Source: Candidatus Omnitrophota bacterium
GTDB lineage: Bacteria; Omnitrophota; Gorgyraeia; Zapsychrales; Fredricksoniimonadaceae
DNA: 64,000 nucleotides
Direction of reading: 5' to 3'
Assembly (NCBI GenBank): GCA_903908245.1
Contig: CAIVRE010000007.1
Coordinates: forward strand, 4,984-68,983
A model generated the notes under the pieces. That model was given only the letters and a program-made list of their open reading frames with translations. It ran no database searches and had not been told where the DNA came from. Shown piece after piece: positions 8,322 to 17,454 of the stretch; positions within the stretch are counted from its first letter, which is position 1, and each line of letters opens with the position of its first letter. The translations under genes and the position numbers were made by a program.

Positions 8322-9495
8322 AAAGTTCGAGAATGACGTTTTAGCGCCATACGCCATGCGTTCGGGCGAATCCTGGGGCCGGCAGTATAAAGAGGCCGAG
8401 CATTCCAGCCGCACCTGTTTTCAGCGCGACCGCGACCGTGTGGTGCATTCGGAGGCTTTTCGGAAACTCGAGTACAAGACGCAGGTTTTTGTTATTTTTG
8501 AGGGGGATTATTACCGCACCCGATTGACGCATACCATTGAAGTGGCCCAGCTGGCGCGTACCATCGGCCGGAATCTCGCGCTCAATGAGGACCTTATTGA
8601 AGCGGTCGCGCTCGCGCATGACCTGGGGCATTCCCCTTTCGGGCATGCCGGGGAGACCCTGCTCGACGAGCGGTTGAAGTCGGCAGGCCTCGAGGGGTTC
8701 AATCATAATCAGCGCAGTTTCGAGATCGTTTCAAAGTTTGAAAAGCGTTACCCTGATTTTGACGGGCTTAACCTGACGGTGGAAGTGCTGGTGGGCATCC
8801 TCAAGCACGAGACCCTTTTTGACCGCAAGGGCGAGATGAAGGTGGTCGAAGAGGCCGCATTCCGCGACAAATTGCGCAAGCGCGCGTGTTCTCTTGAGGC
8901 GCAGGTGGTCGACAAATCCGACTCGCTGGCGTATTTGAACCATGATGTGGACGACGGGTTGACGTCGGGGTGCATCACGGCGGAAGACCTTAACGCAAGC
9001 ATGCTTTGGAGGCGCGCGATGGAAAAGGTGCGCCGCCCGGGGGTGGAAACGGGCACGGACATGTTCAAGTACCAGGTCGTCAAGGAGCTCATTGACATGC
9101 AGGTGCGCGACCTCTTGACCGCCACGAATGAACGGGTGGAGAAGTTCCGGTTTTCTTCTTTTGACGATGTTGCCCGGTGCGAGGAAAAGCGCATTGTGGC
9201 GTTCTCCGACCAAATGAGCGCGGAGCGGGAGCATCTTCAGAGCATCCTTAACGAAAAGCTTTACCAGCACTGGCGTGTCGAGCGGATGACCTCCAAGGCC
9301 AAGCGTATCTTAAACGAGCTCTTTAATGTTTACATGGATAATCCGAAGCAGCTTCCGTACGAGATCTTTGACCGGACAAAGAAATATACCGACAAGCAAT
9401 TGCATGTGATCGTTTGCAATTATATCGCGGCAATGACCGACAGGGCGGCACTTGATGAATACCAGCGACTTTTCGAGCCTTACAAAAAAGTATAA
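8299..9495 (+). CDS. dgt: Deoxyguanosinetriphosphate triphosphohydrolase
   Basis: FQRDRDR..HS.AFR.L..KTQV, RTRLTH, HDLGH.PFGH.GE, HDVDD. Confidence 0.93.
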   Translation: MRSRADIEKFENDVLAPYAMRSGESWGRQYKEAEHSSRTCFQRDRDRVVHSEAFRKLEYKTQVFVIFEGDYYRTRLTHTIEVAQLARTIGRNLALNEDLIEAVALAHDLGHSPFGHAGETLLDERLKSAGLEGFNHNQRSFEIVSKFEKRYPDFDGLNLTVEVLVGILKHETLFDRKGEMKVVEEAAFRDKLRKRACSLEAQVVDKSDSLAYLNHDVDDGLTSGCITAEDLNASMLWRRAMEKVRRPGVETGTDMFKYQVVKELIDMQVRDLLTATNERVEKFRFSSFDDVARCEEKRIVAFSDQMSAEREHLQSILNEKLYQHWRVERMTSKAKRILNELFNVYMDNPKQLPYEIFDRTKKYTDKQLHVIVCNYIAAMTDRAALDEYQRLFEPYKKV

Positions 9496-10525
9496 ACAGA
9501 TCATTTCGGCGGTGCATATCGTTTACCGCCTGGTGAATTCCACGCCCAACCTCAAGGAGCTGTCCTTGAGGCTGACGCGCCTGCTGTGCCAGTTCGTCCA
9601 CGCCTCGTCGGCCAGCATCTACCTGCTCGCGCCGGACCATAAAAGATTGCATATGATCGCGGTGTTCAACAACAAGATCAATATCCTGCTGACCAGTCCC
9701 AAAGACCTGAAGAAGGCATCCGCGAAAGATCTGAGCGTGGCCCAGGGAAGTTCGATCTTTGAAGACCGGATGATGGGGATGCCCCTGGTCACGGATGAGT
9801 GTATCGGCGCGATCGTGATCCGGCGCAAGCCTGTCGAGCCGGCGTTCGATGATTATGACCGCGAGATGTTCACGATCTTCGCCGAACAGTCGGTGACGGC
9901 GATCCGTAATCTGCAATATGCCGAGCAGCAGCAGAAGATCCTTCTTGAGACGATGAAGCTGGTGCGTTCCCTGTTCGAGAAGCAGGGCGATTCTTACCGG
10001 GGCCACAGTTCGGTGTATTTCAAGATCGTGCGCGCGGTGGCGCAAAAATTCCGGATGGGCACGGAGAATATCAATAATCTTTATTATGCTAGTGTCCTGC
10101 ATAATGCCGGGGCAGTGGATGTCCCTTACCAGGTGCTGGCCAAGAAAAGCCAGCTTACGTCCAAGGAGTTCGAGATCATCCGCAATCTTCCCAAGAAGAG
10201 CGCCGAGCTGATCAAGCCGATCGAGTTCCTGAGGCCGGTCCTCCCGGTCATCCTGTACTTGCACGAGAAATATGACGGGACCGGATACCCGGCGGGATTA
10301 AAGAAGGACCAGATCCCCCTGGGCGCGCGGATCATGGCCGTGGTGGATGCGTTCGAGTCGATGGTGCAGGGGCGGCCGTACCGCAAGCGCCTGAATGTTG
10401 ACGAAGCGTTGCGGGAGGTCCGCAAGAATTCCGGCACCCAGTTCGATCCTGTCGTCGTGGATGTCTTTTTGAAGCTGGCGCTGCAAAAAAACTTCAGAAA
10501 TTACTTGTGCGCGGTTCGCGAATAA
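9452..10525 (+). CDS. GAF + degenerate HD-GYP domain protein
   Basis: GAF-like N-terminus; HEKYDGTGYP.GL, ARI.AVVD.F, RPYR, GTQFDP; the HD motif is replaced by HN. Confidence 0.85.
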   Translation: MMNTSDFSSLTKKYKQIISAVHIVYRLVNSTPNLKELSLRLTRLLCQFVHASSASIYLLAPDHKRLHMIAVFNNKINILLTSPKDLKKASAKDLSVAQGSSIFEDRMMGMPLVTDECIGAIVIRRKPVEPAFDDYDREMFTIFAEQSVTAIRNLQYAEQQQKILLETMKLVRSLFEKQGDSYRGHSSVYFKIVRAVAQKFRMGTENINNLYYASVLHNAGAVDVPYQVLAKKSQLTSKEFEIIRNLPKKSAELIKPIEFLRPVLPVILYLHEKYDGTGYPAGLKKDQIPLGARIMAVVDAFESMVQGRPYRKRLNVDEALREVRKNSGTQFDPVVVDVFLKLALQKNFRNYLCAVRE

Positions 10526-10588
10526 AACTATAATCATGGTAATCGCCGTTCCATTAATTGCATCCCTTTATCCCGGAATTGGTTCCAT

Positions 10589-11194
10589 ATGAATATCAAC
10601 TATAAAGAAGCGCAATTCGAATTTTTTCCCAACGCGGTCAGTGCACCCGATGAAACCAAGCGCCCGCATTTTATGGCCGCGCGGTTCAACCTGAGCATTG
10701 AAAACCTTGTTATTTTTTCGATCGTGAGTATAATGGTCGTCATCTTTACTTTCTCTCTCGGTGTTGAGAGGGGGAAGAGGATCGCATTACGGGACGGATC
10801 GAGCCTTACGCTTGATCCAAAGACGGCGGAAACGTCTGTGGCCCCGGCCGATCCTGTTGTAACGGCAAAGCCGGTGGTCAAGGTTCCCGTGGTAGCGGCA
10901 CAGTCGAAGAGCGTCGATCTGGCGGAAAAAGTTTCAACGACGGCACTCCAGCCTCAGGATGCCGTCAAGAAACCATCCGGCGGGTATACAGTCCAGGTGG
11001 CGTCGTACAAGAGTGAAAAGAGCGCGCAGAAAGAAGCCCAGGCGCTCCAGAAAAAAGGATTGAAAGCTTTTGTGCTGCCCAAAGGGCAGCATATCGTCTT
11101 GTGTGTGGGCAACTTTCAGAAAAAGGAAGACGCCAGTATTTACGGGAAAAAGTTAAAGGGCAATTATCAGGATTTCGTAGTCAGGAGATTATAA
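10589..11194 (+). CDS. Membrane-anchored SPOR domain protein
   Basis: Single TM, Pro/Ala-rich linker, C-terminal YTVQVASY...A...A..L...G...VG.F SPOR pattern. Confidence 0.85.
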   Translation: MNINYKEAQFEFFPNAVSAPDETKRPHFMAARFNLSIENLVIFSIVSIMVVIFTFSLGVERGKRIALRDGSSLTLDPKTAETSVAPADPVVTAKPVVKVPVVAAQSKSVDLAEKVSTTALQPQDAVKKPSGGYTVQVASYKSEKSAQKEAQALQKKGLKAFVLPKGQHIVLCVGNFQKKEDASIYGKKLKGNYQDFVVRRL

Positions 11195-11195
11195 G

Positions 11196-11471
11196 ATGTC
11201 GTTACACTCATCACTTCGGGTTGACAAAGCTGGCGCCGCGGCAAGGACTGTGCTGACGCGCGTTGAGCGTATCAAAGAGCTTATGAAAAAGGGGCAGTTC
11301 AAGGCGGACGGCGAGGTTACCAATTTGCCGAAGACCAAGGTGGTCCGCGTCAAGGCCGGGAAAAAGAAGGCCAAGGAAGAAGGCGCGGCCGGCGCCGCTG
11401 GTGCGGCCGGTGCGGCACCTGCCGGGGCAGCGGCCCCTGCGGCCGGGGCAAAAGCTCCCGCGAAGAAGTAG
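11196..11471 (+). CDS. Small basic protein, PVC-superphylum signature family (TIGR04137-like)
   Basis: MSLHSSL...R.VLTRVERI..L...G......LPK.KV pattern plus Lys/Ala-rich tail. Confidence 0.8.
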   Translation: MSLHSSLRVDKAGAAARTVLTRVERIKELMKKGQFKADGEVTNLPKTKVVRVKAGKKKAKEEGAAGAAGAAGAAPAGAAAPAAGAKAPAKK

Positions 11472-11482
11472 GCGGCGCGCGT

Positions 11483-12265
11483 ATGCGTTGGCCCTGTCTT
11501 CTGGTCATGTTATTGTTCGTTCTACCCGAGCCTGCCTTTGCGCAGGCTCGTTTTCCTTATACGGCGCAGACCGTGTCCGACCGGGTGAATGTCCGGGCCG
11601 GACAGAACAATAATTTTGAGTCCCTGGCGATCCTTCCCAAAGGCGTGCTGCTTACGGTCCTGGACAAGAAATTCAAGTGGTGCAAGGTGTCTTTGCCGGC
11701 GGGTGCGAAGGCGTTCGTCAAGAGCGCGTATATTCGATTTTTGACGCCCGATCTTGGGGAAGTAACGGTTGACCGGCTTAATGTCCGTTCGGCGCCGAAT
11801 ACCGATGCGACAACGGTTGGCCAGTTGAAGCAGGGGCAGAAGGTCCTTGTTCAGAAGAATGCCGGCGAGTGGGTCTGGATCAAGCCGGCGGAAGGCGTTT
11901 ACGGATGGGTGAATGAATCGCTCCTTGTTTTCAGGAGTGACGGGGCTCAGCCGAGGCTGGATCCTGTCCCTAATGTTGTTCCATCGGTGAAGGTTTCTCA
12001 GGCGTCGGCGGCCCGGATGGCGCTTCTCAAGAAGAATGCCGATGGTTCGGTCGAATGTGCTGGAAGGCTCGTTGGCGCCGAGAATGCTCCGGCGGCGTAT
12101 AAGATCATCAATGGGGATGTGACCGTGTGTTATGCGGATGGCGTCAAATCCGTTCTGGATGGTTTTATCGGAAGTGAAGTCCGCTTGCAGGGGACAATGA
12201 AAGTTCTTCCTTCCGAAACGGATGCTGCGGTCATCTTACTCTCAAAGATCAGCCTGGCCCTCTAA
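11483..12265 (+). CDS. Exported protein with two bacterial SH3 domains
   Basis: Signal peptide AFA; VNVRAG...W..V and LNVRSAP...W..I...GWV repeats. Confidence 0.82.
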   Translation: MRWPCLLVMLLFVLPEPAFAQARFPYTAQTVSDRVNVRAGQNNNFESLAILPKGVLLTVLDKKFKWCKVSLPAGAKAFVKSAYIRFLTPDLGEVTVDRLNVRSAPNTDATTVGQLKQGQKVLVQKNAGEWVWIKPAEGVYGWVNESLLVFRSDGAQPRLDPVPNVVPSVKVSQASAARMALLKKNADGSVECAGRLVGAENAPAAYKIINGDVTVCYADGVKSVLDGFIGSEVRLQGTMKVLPSETDAAVILLSKISLAL

Positions 12266-12888
12266 TGCTTGAACCCGTCCTTGTCATTTTATTGATCGTT
12301 ATTCCAGCCATTGTCCTGCACGAGTTTGCTCATGGCTGGGTGGCGAACCGTTTGGGAGATCCGACGGCCGCGCGCATGGGGCGGTTGACACTCAATCCGG
12401 TCAAGCATATTGATCCTGTGGGGACGATCCTTGTCCCGGGGCTTTTGTATTTGGTGCATTTTCTGGGATGGAGCCGTTCGCTGCTGGTTTTCGGATGGGC
12501 CAAGCCGGTACCGGTGGATTTCAGTCGGCTTAACAATCCCAAGCGTGATATTATCTTTGTGGGCCTTGCCGGGCCGCTGATCAATTTTGCGTTGGCGTTC
12601 ATTTTTGTCCAGCTGTCGGTATTCGGGCATTTTTCCGCGTTAGGGGCCAAAATGCTGGTTTGGGCGGTCATGTTGAACCTGGGGCTGGCGTTCTTTAATT
12701 TGATACCGATCCCGCCGTTGGACGGGTCGCGGGTCGTCGCGGGATTGATCCCGGCGCGTTGGGAAAGAAGTTATTTTGCCCTGGAACCGTTCGGGTTTGT
12801 GGCGGTGATCATTTTATTGAATACGGGGATGCTGGATTTTCTCGATCCGTTGATCTATGGGACGGCTGTGTTGATGGGGTTGAAATGA
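12265..12888 (+). CDS. Site-2 protease family (M50) membrane metalloprotease
   Basis: HEFAH, GDPT, GWAKPVP, AGP..N, FNLIPIPPLDG. Confidence 0.93.
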   Translation: MLEPVLVILLIVIPAIVLHEFAHGWVANRLGDPTAARMGRLTLNPVKHIDPVGTILVPGLLYLVHFLGWSRSLLVFGWAKPVPVDFSRLNNPKRDIIFVGLAGPLINFALAFIFVQLSVFGHFSALGAKMLVWAVMLNLGLAFFNLIPIPPLDGSRVVAGLIPARWERSYFALEPFGFVAVIILLNTGMLDFLDPLIYGTAVLMGLK

Positions 12889-13973
12889 AACAGATCACGG
12901 TAAAGCTGAAAGGGAATTCTTATCCGATCGTTGTCGGCGGCCATGTGCTGCCGCTTTTGCCGGAATTCCTTAGGAAGCTCGGGCTTGGGACCGATGCGGT
13001 GGTTATTACGAACCCGTTGGTGAACAGGCTCTATGGTAAAGCCCTGGCTGTTTCGATGTTGAAACAGAGGTTCTCGGTCAAGTTCTTTGAAGTGGAAGAT
13101 TCCGAGAGGGCCAAATCTGCGGAGGTGGCGTTCGATCTGATAGGGAAGATCGCGTCTTACGCGGCGGACAAGAAGCCGGTCATCATCGCGCTGGGCGGCG
13201 GGGTGGTGGGGGACTTGTCCGGGTTTGTGGCCGCGGTTTATAAACGCGGGGTGCCTTTTGTCCAGGTTCCGACGACGCTTCTGGCCCAGGTGGATTCATC
13301 CATCGGAGGGAAAGTCGCGGTCGATCTGCCGCAGGGCAAGAACCTTGCCGGGGTGTTTTATCAGCCGAGGCTGGTATTGGCGGATACTTCGTTATTGTCG
13401 ACCCTTCCCAGGCGTCAGGTCCGTAACGGCCTGGCGGAGGTCATTAAGTATGGCGTTATCAAGGACGAACAATTATTCACCTTCCTGGAGAAGAATTATA
13501 CCGGGATATTGGATGGTGATACGGCGGCACTGTCGCATGTGGTCCTGGCCAGCGCGGCCATTAAGGCGCGGGTGGTCGAGCTTGATGAAAAGGAAACAAA
13601 GGGCTTGCGCACGATCCTGAATTTCGGGCACACCATCGGCCATGCGGTGGAAGCCGCCGGAGGGTATAAAAAATACCATCATGGCGAGGCGGTGGCGCTC
13701 GGGATGCGGGTGGCGTGCGCGATCTCCTGCCGGATGAGATTGATGAAGCCTCTTGACGCGGAGCGGGTGGAAACGTTGTTGTCTGCCGTTGGGTTGCCTG
13801 AAGAGATCAAAGGTATTTCGCAGGACCGGATATTGAAGGCCATGCAGTTTGACAAGAAGTTTTTGGGGTCAAAGAACCGTTTTGTGCTTTGTGAGGCGCT
13901 GGGGCACGTGGTGGTGAAAGAGGCTGTTCCGTTAGCGGTGGTCGTCAAGGCATTGCGAATGATCGCTGGCTGA
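12885..13973 (+). CDS. aroB: 3-dehydroquinate synthase
   Basis: GGGVVGDL.GF, PTTLLAQVDSSIGGK, LNFGHTIGHA, HGEAV; start at ATG 12885 overlapping the upstream stop. Confidence 0.96.
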   Translation: MKQITVKLKGNSYPIVVGGHVLPLLPEFLRKLGLGTDAVVITNPLVNRLYGKALAVSMLKQRFSVKFFEVEDSERAKSAEVAFDLIGKIASYAADKKPVIIALGGGVVGDLSGFVAAVYKRGVPFVQVPTTLLAQVDSSIGGKVAVDLPQGKNLAGVFYQPRLVLADTSLLSTLPRRQVRNGLAEVIKYGVIKDEQLFTFLEKNYTGILDGDTAALSHVVLASAAIKARVVELDEKETKGLRTILNFGHTIGHAVEAAGGYKKYHHGEAVALGMRVACAISCRMRLMKPLDAERVETLLSAVGLPEEIKGISQDRILKAMQFDKKFLGSKNRFVLCEALGHVVVKEAVPLAVVVKALRMIAG

Positions 13974-13975
13974 TC

Positions 13976-14530
13976 CTAGCGTTTGATCGGCAGGATCTTT
14001 TTTGTTCCGTTCTCCATGATGGTCACGCTTTCAAAGGTGATCGCCGCAATAATATTCCCGTCGACAACTTGCCCTTCTTCGTAAACATTTCCGTTGATCA
14101 GCGCGACCATTTTTCCGCCCATATCCATAACGCCTTCCACCCGTGTTCTATCGGGGGCAGGGGGTTCGGCCGGAGGCCGGAGCGGCATGGCCGGCAGGGC
14201 GGTGTTCGCGGCCTGGGCTATGGACGGTGGCGGGACAGGCGCAGCGGTGGTTTGTGTTGGAACAGGCGTGATGGCCCGGGCTTTGATCGCGGGATGTTGT
14301 GTTGTTTCAAAACCCAGTTTTAAGATGACGGCGAAGATCACGATCACGGCGATCGTGAGTACGGTCGCCATCAGGATGGAGAGGGTGACCTTGGTGGTGT
14401 CAGGGGAGCGGCCTGTGGCAGGGTTTGTTGTGATGGTGCCCGCGGGATCTTCTTTGGGAGGAACGGCATCAGGCGCTGTGTTCGGCCCTTTGCTTTGGAC
14501 TTTTTTGAGTGCGTCGTGGATGATGCTCAT
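13976..14530 (-). CDS. GspB/ExeB-like membrane-anchored protein
   Basis: MSIIHDALKK N-terminus typical of ExeB/GspB, one TM, Pro-rich linker, C-terminal ALING..Y.EG..V.G domain; downstream of exeA-like gene. Confidence 0.7.
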   Translation of the reverse strand: MSIIHDALKKVQSKGPNTAPDAVPPKEDPAGTITTNPATGRSPDTTKVTLSILMATVLTIAVIVIFAVILKLGFETTQHPAIKARAITPVPTQTTAAPVPPPSIAQAANTALPAMPLRPPAEPPAPDRTRVEGVMDMGGKMVALINGNVYEEGQVVDGNIIAAITFESVTIMENGTKKILPIKR

Positions 14531-15327
14531 ATCAGGGCTTCTTTGGCAGCGGTTTTTATAATGGTTTCATTGATCGTCCAGGTCTCGTTCACGAATCCGG
14601 CCAGCAGCGCGTGTTCGCAGAGGACGTTGATGACCCGGGGCGTCCCTTTGGAAAAGTGGTGGACGGCAGCGGCTGCGTCATCCGTGAACAATAACTTTTT
14701 CGAAGCCCCGGCGATCTTGAGGCGGTGATCGATATAGTGATGGATATCGTCTTTTTCAAGCGGGTGGATATGGTAACGGACCCCAATGCGCGAGTTAAGC
14801 TGGCGCAGGGACGGCTTTTTCAGTTTTTCCAGCAGTTCGGGCTGGCCGACCAGGATGATCTGCAGTAATTTTTCTTTTTCTGTCTCAAGGTTGGAAAGCA
14901 GTCGGATCTGTTCGAGCTGATGGGTGTTGAGGTTCTGGGCTTCGTCAATGATGACGGCCACATTGTGCCCCTGGGCGGTCTGGTCGATCAGGAACTGGTT
15001 GAGCGCATTGATCAGGTCGAGCTTGTTGTTCTTGGCGGTGATCCCCAGGTCTTTGGTGATCAGTTGCAGGAGCTGTATTTGTGAGAAGTTCGGGTTAAGG
15101 ATAAAAGCGGTTTTGATGGAAAGGTCGATGGTATTGAGCAGGATACGGCAGAGGGTGGTCTTGCCTGTTCCGACTTCGCCTGTCAGGGCAATGATCCCTT
15201 TGCGGGTTTTGATCCCGTAAAGCAGGTGGGAATAGGCTTCTTTGTGCCGGGAACTTTCGAAATAGAACGCCGGGTCAGAGGTGATGTTAAAGGCATTTTC
15301 CTTGAAACCGTAGAATTCTTTGTACAT
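14527..15327 (-). CDS. ExeA/GspA-family AAA ATPase (no peptidoglycan-binding C-terminal domain)
   Basis: MY..FYG....F, GEVGTGKT, IIDEAQ, LVGQPEL, G.PR.IN..C..AL. Confidence 0.9.
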   Translation of the reverse strand: MYKEFYGFKENAFNITSDPAFYFESSRHKEAYSHLLYGIKTRKGIIALTGEVGTGKTTLCRILLNTIDLSIKTAFILNPNFSQIQLLQLITKDLGITAKNNKLDLINALNQFLIDQTAQGHNVAVIIDEAQNLNTHQLEQIRLLSNLETEKEKLLQIILVGQPELLEKLKKPSLRQLNSRIGVRYHIHPLEKDDIHHYIDHRLKIAGASKKLLFTDDAAAAVHHFSKGTPRVINVLCEHALLAGFVNETWTINETIIKTAAKEALI

Positions 15328-15446
15328 AGGGAAACATTATACCACATGACCTTTTTATTCCCCGGGAGTGAGGAATGTGAGAAATCAGTAAAATCGTCCT
15401 TTTTCATGGGGTTGCTATGGTATACTGCATTTATTAAAGGATAATC

Positions 15447-15824
15447 ATGGAAATGACCCCCGGTTTTGACAACAGACGATTTCAGCGGGCGCCGTTCAAG
15501 CGGCCGGTGAAGAGCAAGACGTCCCATGTGGCGATATATGCCGGGAACCTGGCGCAGGATATCAGCCAGGGCGGCATGCGGATCAATTCCAATGAATTTG
15601 TGGCTGTCGGTTCCCATGTCATCCTGCAGATCCAGCTTGAAAGTCAGACCAGGGTCCTGGATTTCAATGCGAAAGTGGTCTGGGTCAAGGAATTGCCGTA
15701 TTCGGACGGGTTTCAGCTCGGACTGGAGTTTGCGGAAGAAGCTGTTTTTGAGAAATTGAAGGTTGCCCAATTCGTGGTCAAGCGTAAAGAGGAGGGGACG
15801 AGTGAGCCAGAAGGATTGTATTGA
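15447..15824 (+). CDS. PilZ domain protein
   Basis: RRFQR and DISQGG c-di-GMP motifs, VVW, GLEF. Confidence 0.88.
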   Translation: MEMTPGFDNRRFQRAPFKRPVKSKTSHVAIYAGNLAQDISQGGMRINSNEFVAVGSHVILQIQLESQTRVLDFNAKVVWVKELPYSDGFQLGLEFAEEAVFEKLKVAQFVVKRKEEGTSEPEGLY

Positions 15825-16179
15825 AAAACGGCGGCATCCGCGTATTGAACATGGTGTCCCTGTTAAGATCTGCGCTCCTTGTGCCGACCTTGTTACCGAG
15901 ACCAAGAACATCAGCCGTTCCGGGGTCTATTGCCGGGTCAGCAAGTATCTGGAGCCAATGACCAAGCTCAAGGTCACGCTCATGCTTCCGGTCAAGAAAG
16001 AGGGCCGGCTGCATACCAAAAAGATCATTTGCTCGGGCGTGGTGGTGCGTGTCGAGAATATCCCGTTTGAAGACGCGTTCAATGTCGCTGTCTTTTTTAA
16101 TGAGATCAAGCCCGGCGATGGCCGCGCCCTGGCGGATCATGTCCAGGGTGTCCTTGTTGAGAAATCCCGCGCTAATTGA
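15802..16179 (+). CDS. PilZ domain protein
   Basis: EKRRHPR and NISRSG motifs, GVVVR; GTG start at 15802 after GGAGGGG. Confidence 0.87.
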   Translation: MSQKDCIEKRRHPRIEHGVPVKICAPCADLVTETKNISRSGVYCRVSKYLEPMTKLKVTLMLPVKKEGRLHTKKIICSGVVVRVENIPFEDAFNVAVFFNEIKPGDGRALADHVQGVLVEKSRAN

Positions 16180-16202
16180 GAAAATTTTTAGAGGTTTGTT
16201 TT

Positions 16203-16388
16203 ATGGACAGTTCCGCGATCAATCTTTCCGTGACCCCCTTGCAGGCATTGCTTGCCTTGGCGTTCCAGGCGTGGCTTGTTATTTTCCCTCTTATCCTGAT
16301 GCGTAAGATCAGCCGCCTGGAGGCTCTTGTTGAGGCGCATTTCGGCGGTAATGACGATGCTCCTTCCGAGGAGACGGAGAATGTCTAA
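16203..16388 (+). CDS. Small single-TM hypothetical protein
   Basis: ATG after a GAGG SD, hydrophobic stretch, fits the operon spacing. Confidence 0.55.
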   Translation: MDSSAINLSVTPLQALLALAFQAWLVIFPLILMRKISRLEALVEAHFGGNDDAPSEETENV

Positions 16389-17085
16389 GAGATTTATTTC
16401 CCGTCGCGCGATCAATATCCTTTATGAGGACGATCAGTATATCGCTTTCTTCAAGCCCGCGGGGCTGCTCGCTGTTCCGGCGGACAAGGGCAATGAACAG
16501 TCATTGACCGAGATCGTCAACGCCGAGTATGCCACGCGGCCGGATGTGCCGGAGGGCCTGAAATTGCATCCGTGCCATCGTATCGACCGGGATACGTCCG
16601 GTGTGATCATGTTCGCCAAAGGCCAGGTGGCCCGCGACCAGATGATGAACCTGTTCCGCGCCCATCTGGTGCAGAAGAAATACATTGCTTTTGTCCATGG
16701 GAAAGTATTGCATCCGCGCGGGGAAATGAAAAGCCGCCTGAAAGAAGATATTGCGTCGGGCGACCGTAACAGCATGTCGGTCACCCGCTATGCGCTTAAG
16801 CGGCAGTTCCGGAAGTTCGCCATGGTGGAAGTGACGCCGCTCACCGGGCGTACGAACCAGATCCGCATCCATTTCAAGGAAGTCGGTAATCCTCTGGTGG
16901 GCGAGAACAAGTTCGTTTATCGCAAGGACTTTGAGCTCAAGTTCAAACGGACCGCATTGCATGCTTCCGAGTTGTCTTTTGTCCATCCGTATACGAAAGA
17001 GAAGGTCAAGGTGGAAGCGGAGTTATCGGTCGATATGCAGAATTTCCTGGAAAAGGGGAATTCCCGCAATGTCGACAGTGATTAG
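16381..17085 (+). CDS. RluA-family RNA pseudouridine synthase
   Basis: KP.GL, HRIDRDTSG (catalytic Asp), TGRTNQIR.H, LHA..L.F.HP. Confidence 0.92.
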   Translation: MSKRFISRRAINILYEDDQYIAFFKPAGLLAVPADKGNEQSLTEIVNAEYATRPDVPEGLKLHPCHRIDRDTSGVIMFAKGQVARDQMMNLFRAHLVQKKYIAFVHGKVLHPRGEMKSRLKEDIASGDRNSMSVTRYALKRQFRKFAMVEVTPLTGRTNQIRIHFKEVGNPLVGENKFVYRKDFELKFKRTALHASELSFVHPYTKEKVKVEAELSVDMQNFLEKGNSRNVDSD

Positions 17086-17145
17086 GCGTTGGGACGTTCA
17101 TCCGTTTTAAAACCCTTGGTGGAAAAATATGATGAGGATGTATCC

Positions 17146-17448
17146 ATGAGCCCAAAGTTGAGTGTTCAGGAAGCGTGCGAATTGTGCCATGCGATCGCCC
17201 GGTCCAAGGGGTTTTGGGACAAGGAGCGCAATGTCGGCGAGGCGTTGATGCTGGTTGTGACCGAACTGGCCGAGGCCATGGAAGCTCATCGCAAGCAGGA
17301 TGACGTGAATTTCAAGGAAGAGCTGGCGGATACCCTTATCCGTCTTTTTGACCTTTGCGGCGGGATGGGGATCGACATCGAATCAGAGATCATGAAAAAG
17401 TGTGAAAAGAACAAGAATCGCCCTTATAAGCATGGGAAGATCTGTTAG
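17146..17448 (+). CDS. MazG-like nucleotide pyrophosphohydrolase
   Basis: L..TELAEAMEA.R, EELAD..IR..D, K...N..RPYKHGK. Confidence 0.82.
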   Translation: MSPKLSVQEACELCHAIARSKGFWDKERNVGEALMLVVTELAEAMEAHRKQDDVNFKEELADTLIRLFDLCGGMGIDIESEIMKKCEKNKNRPYKHGKIC

Positions 17449-17454
17449 GTTGTA

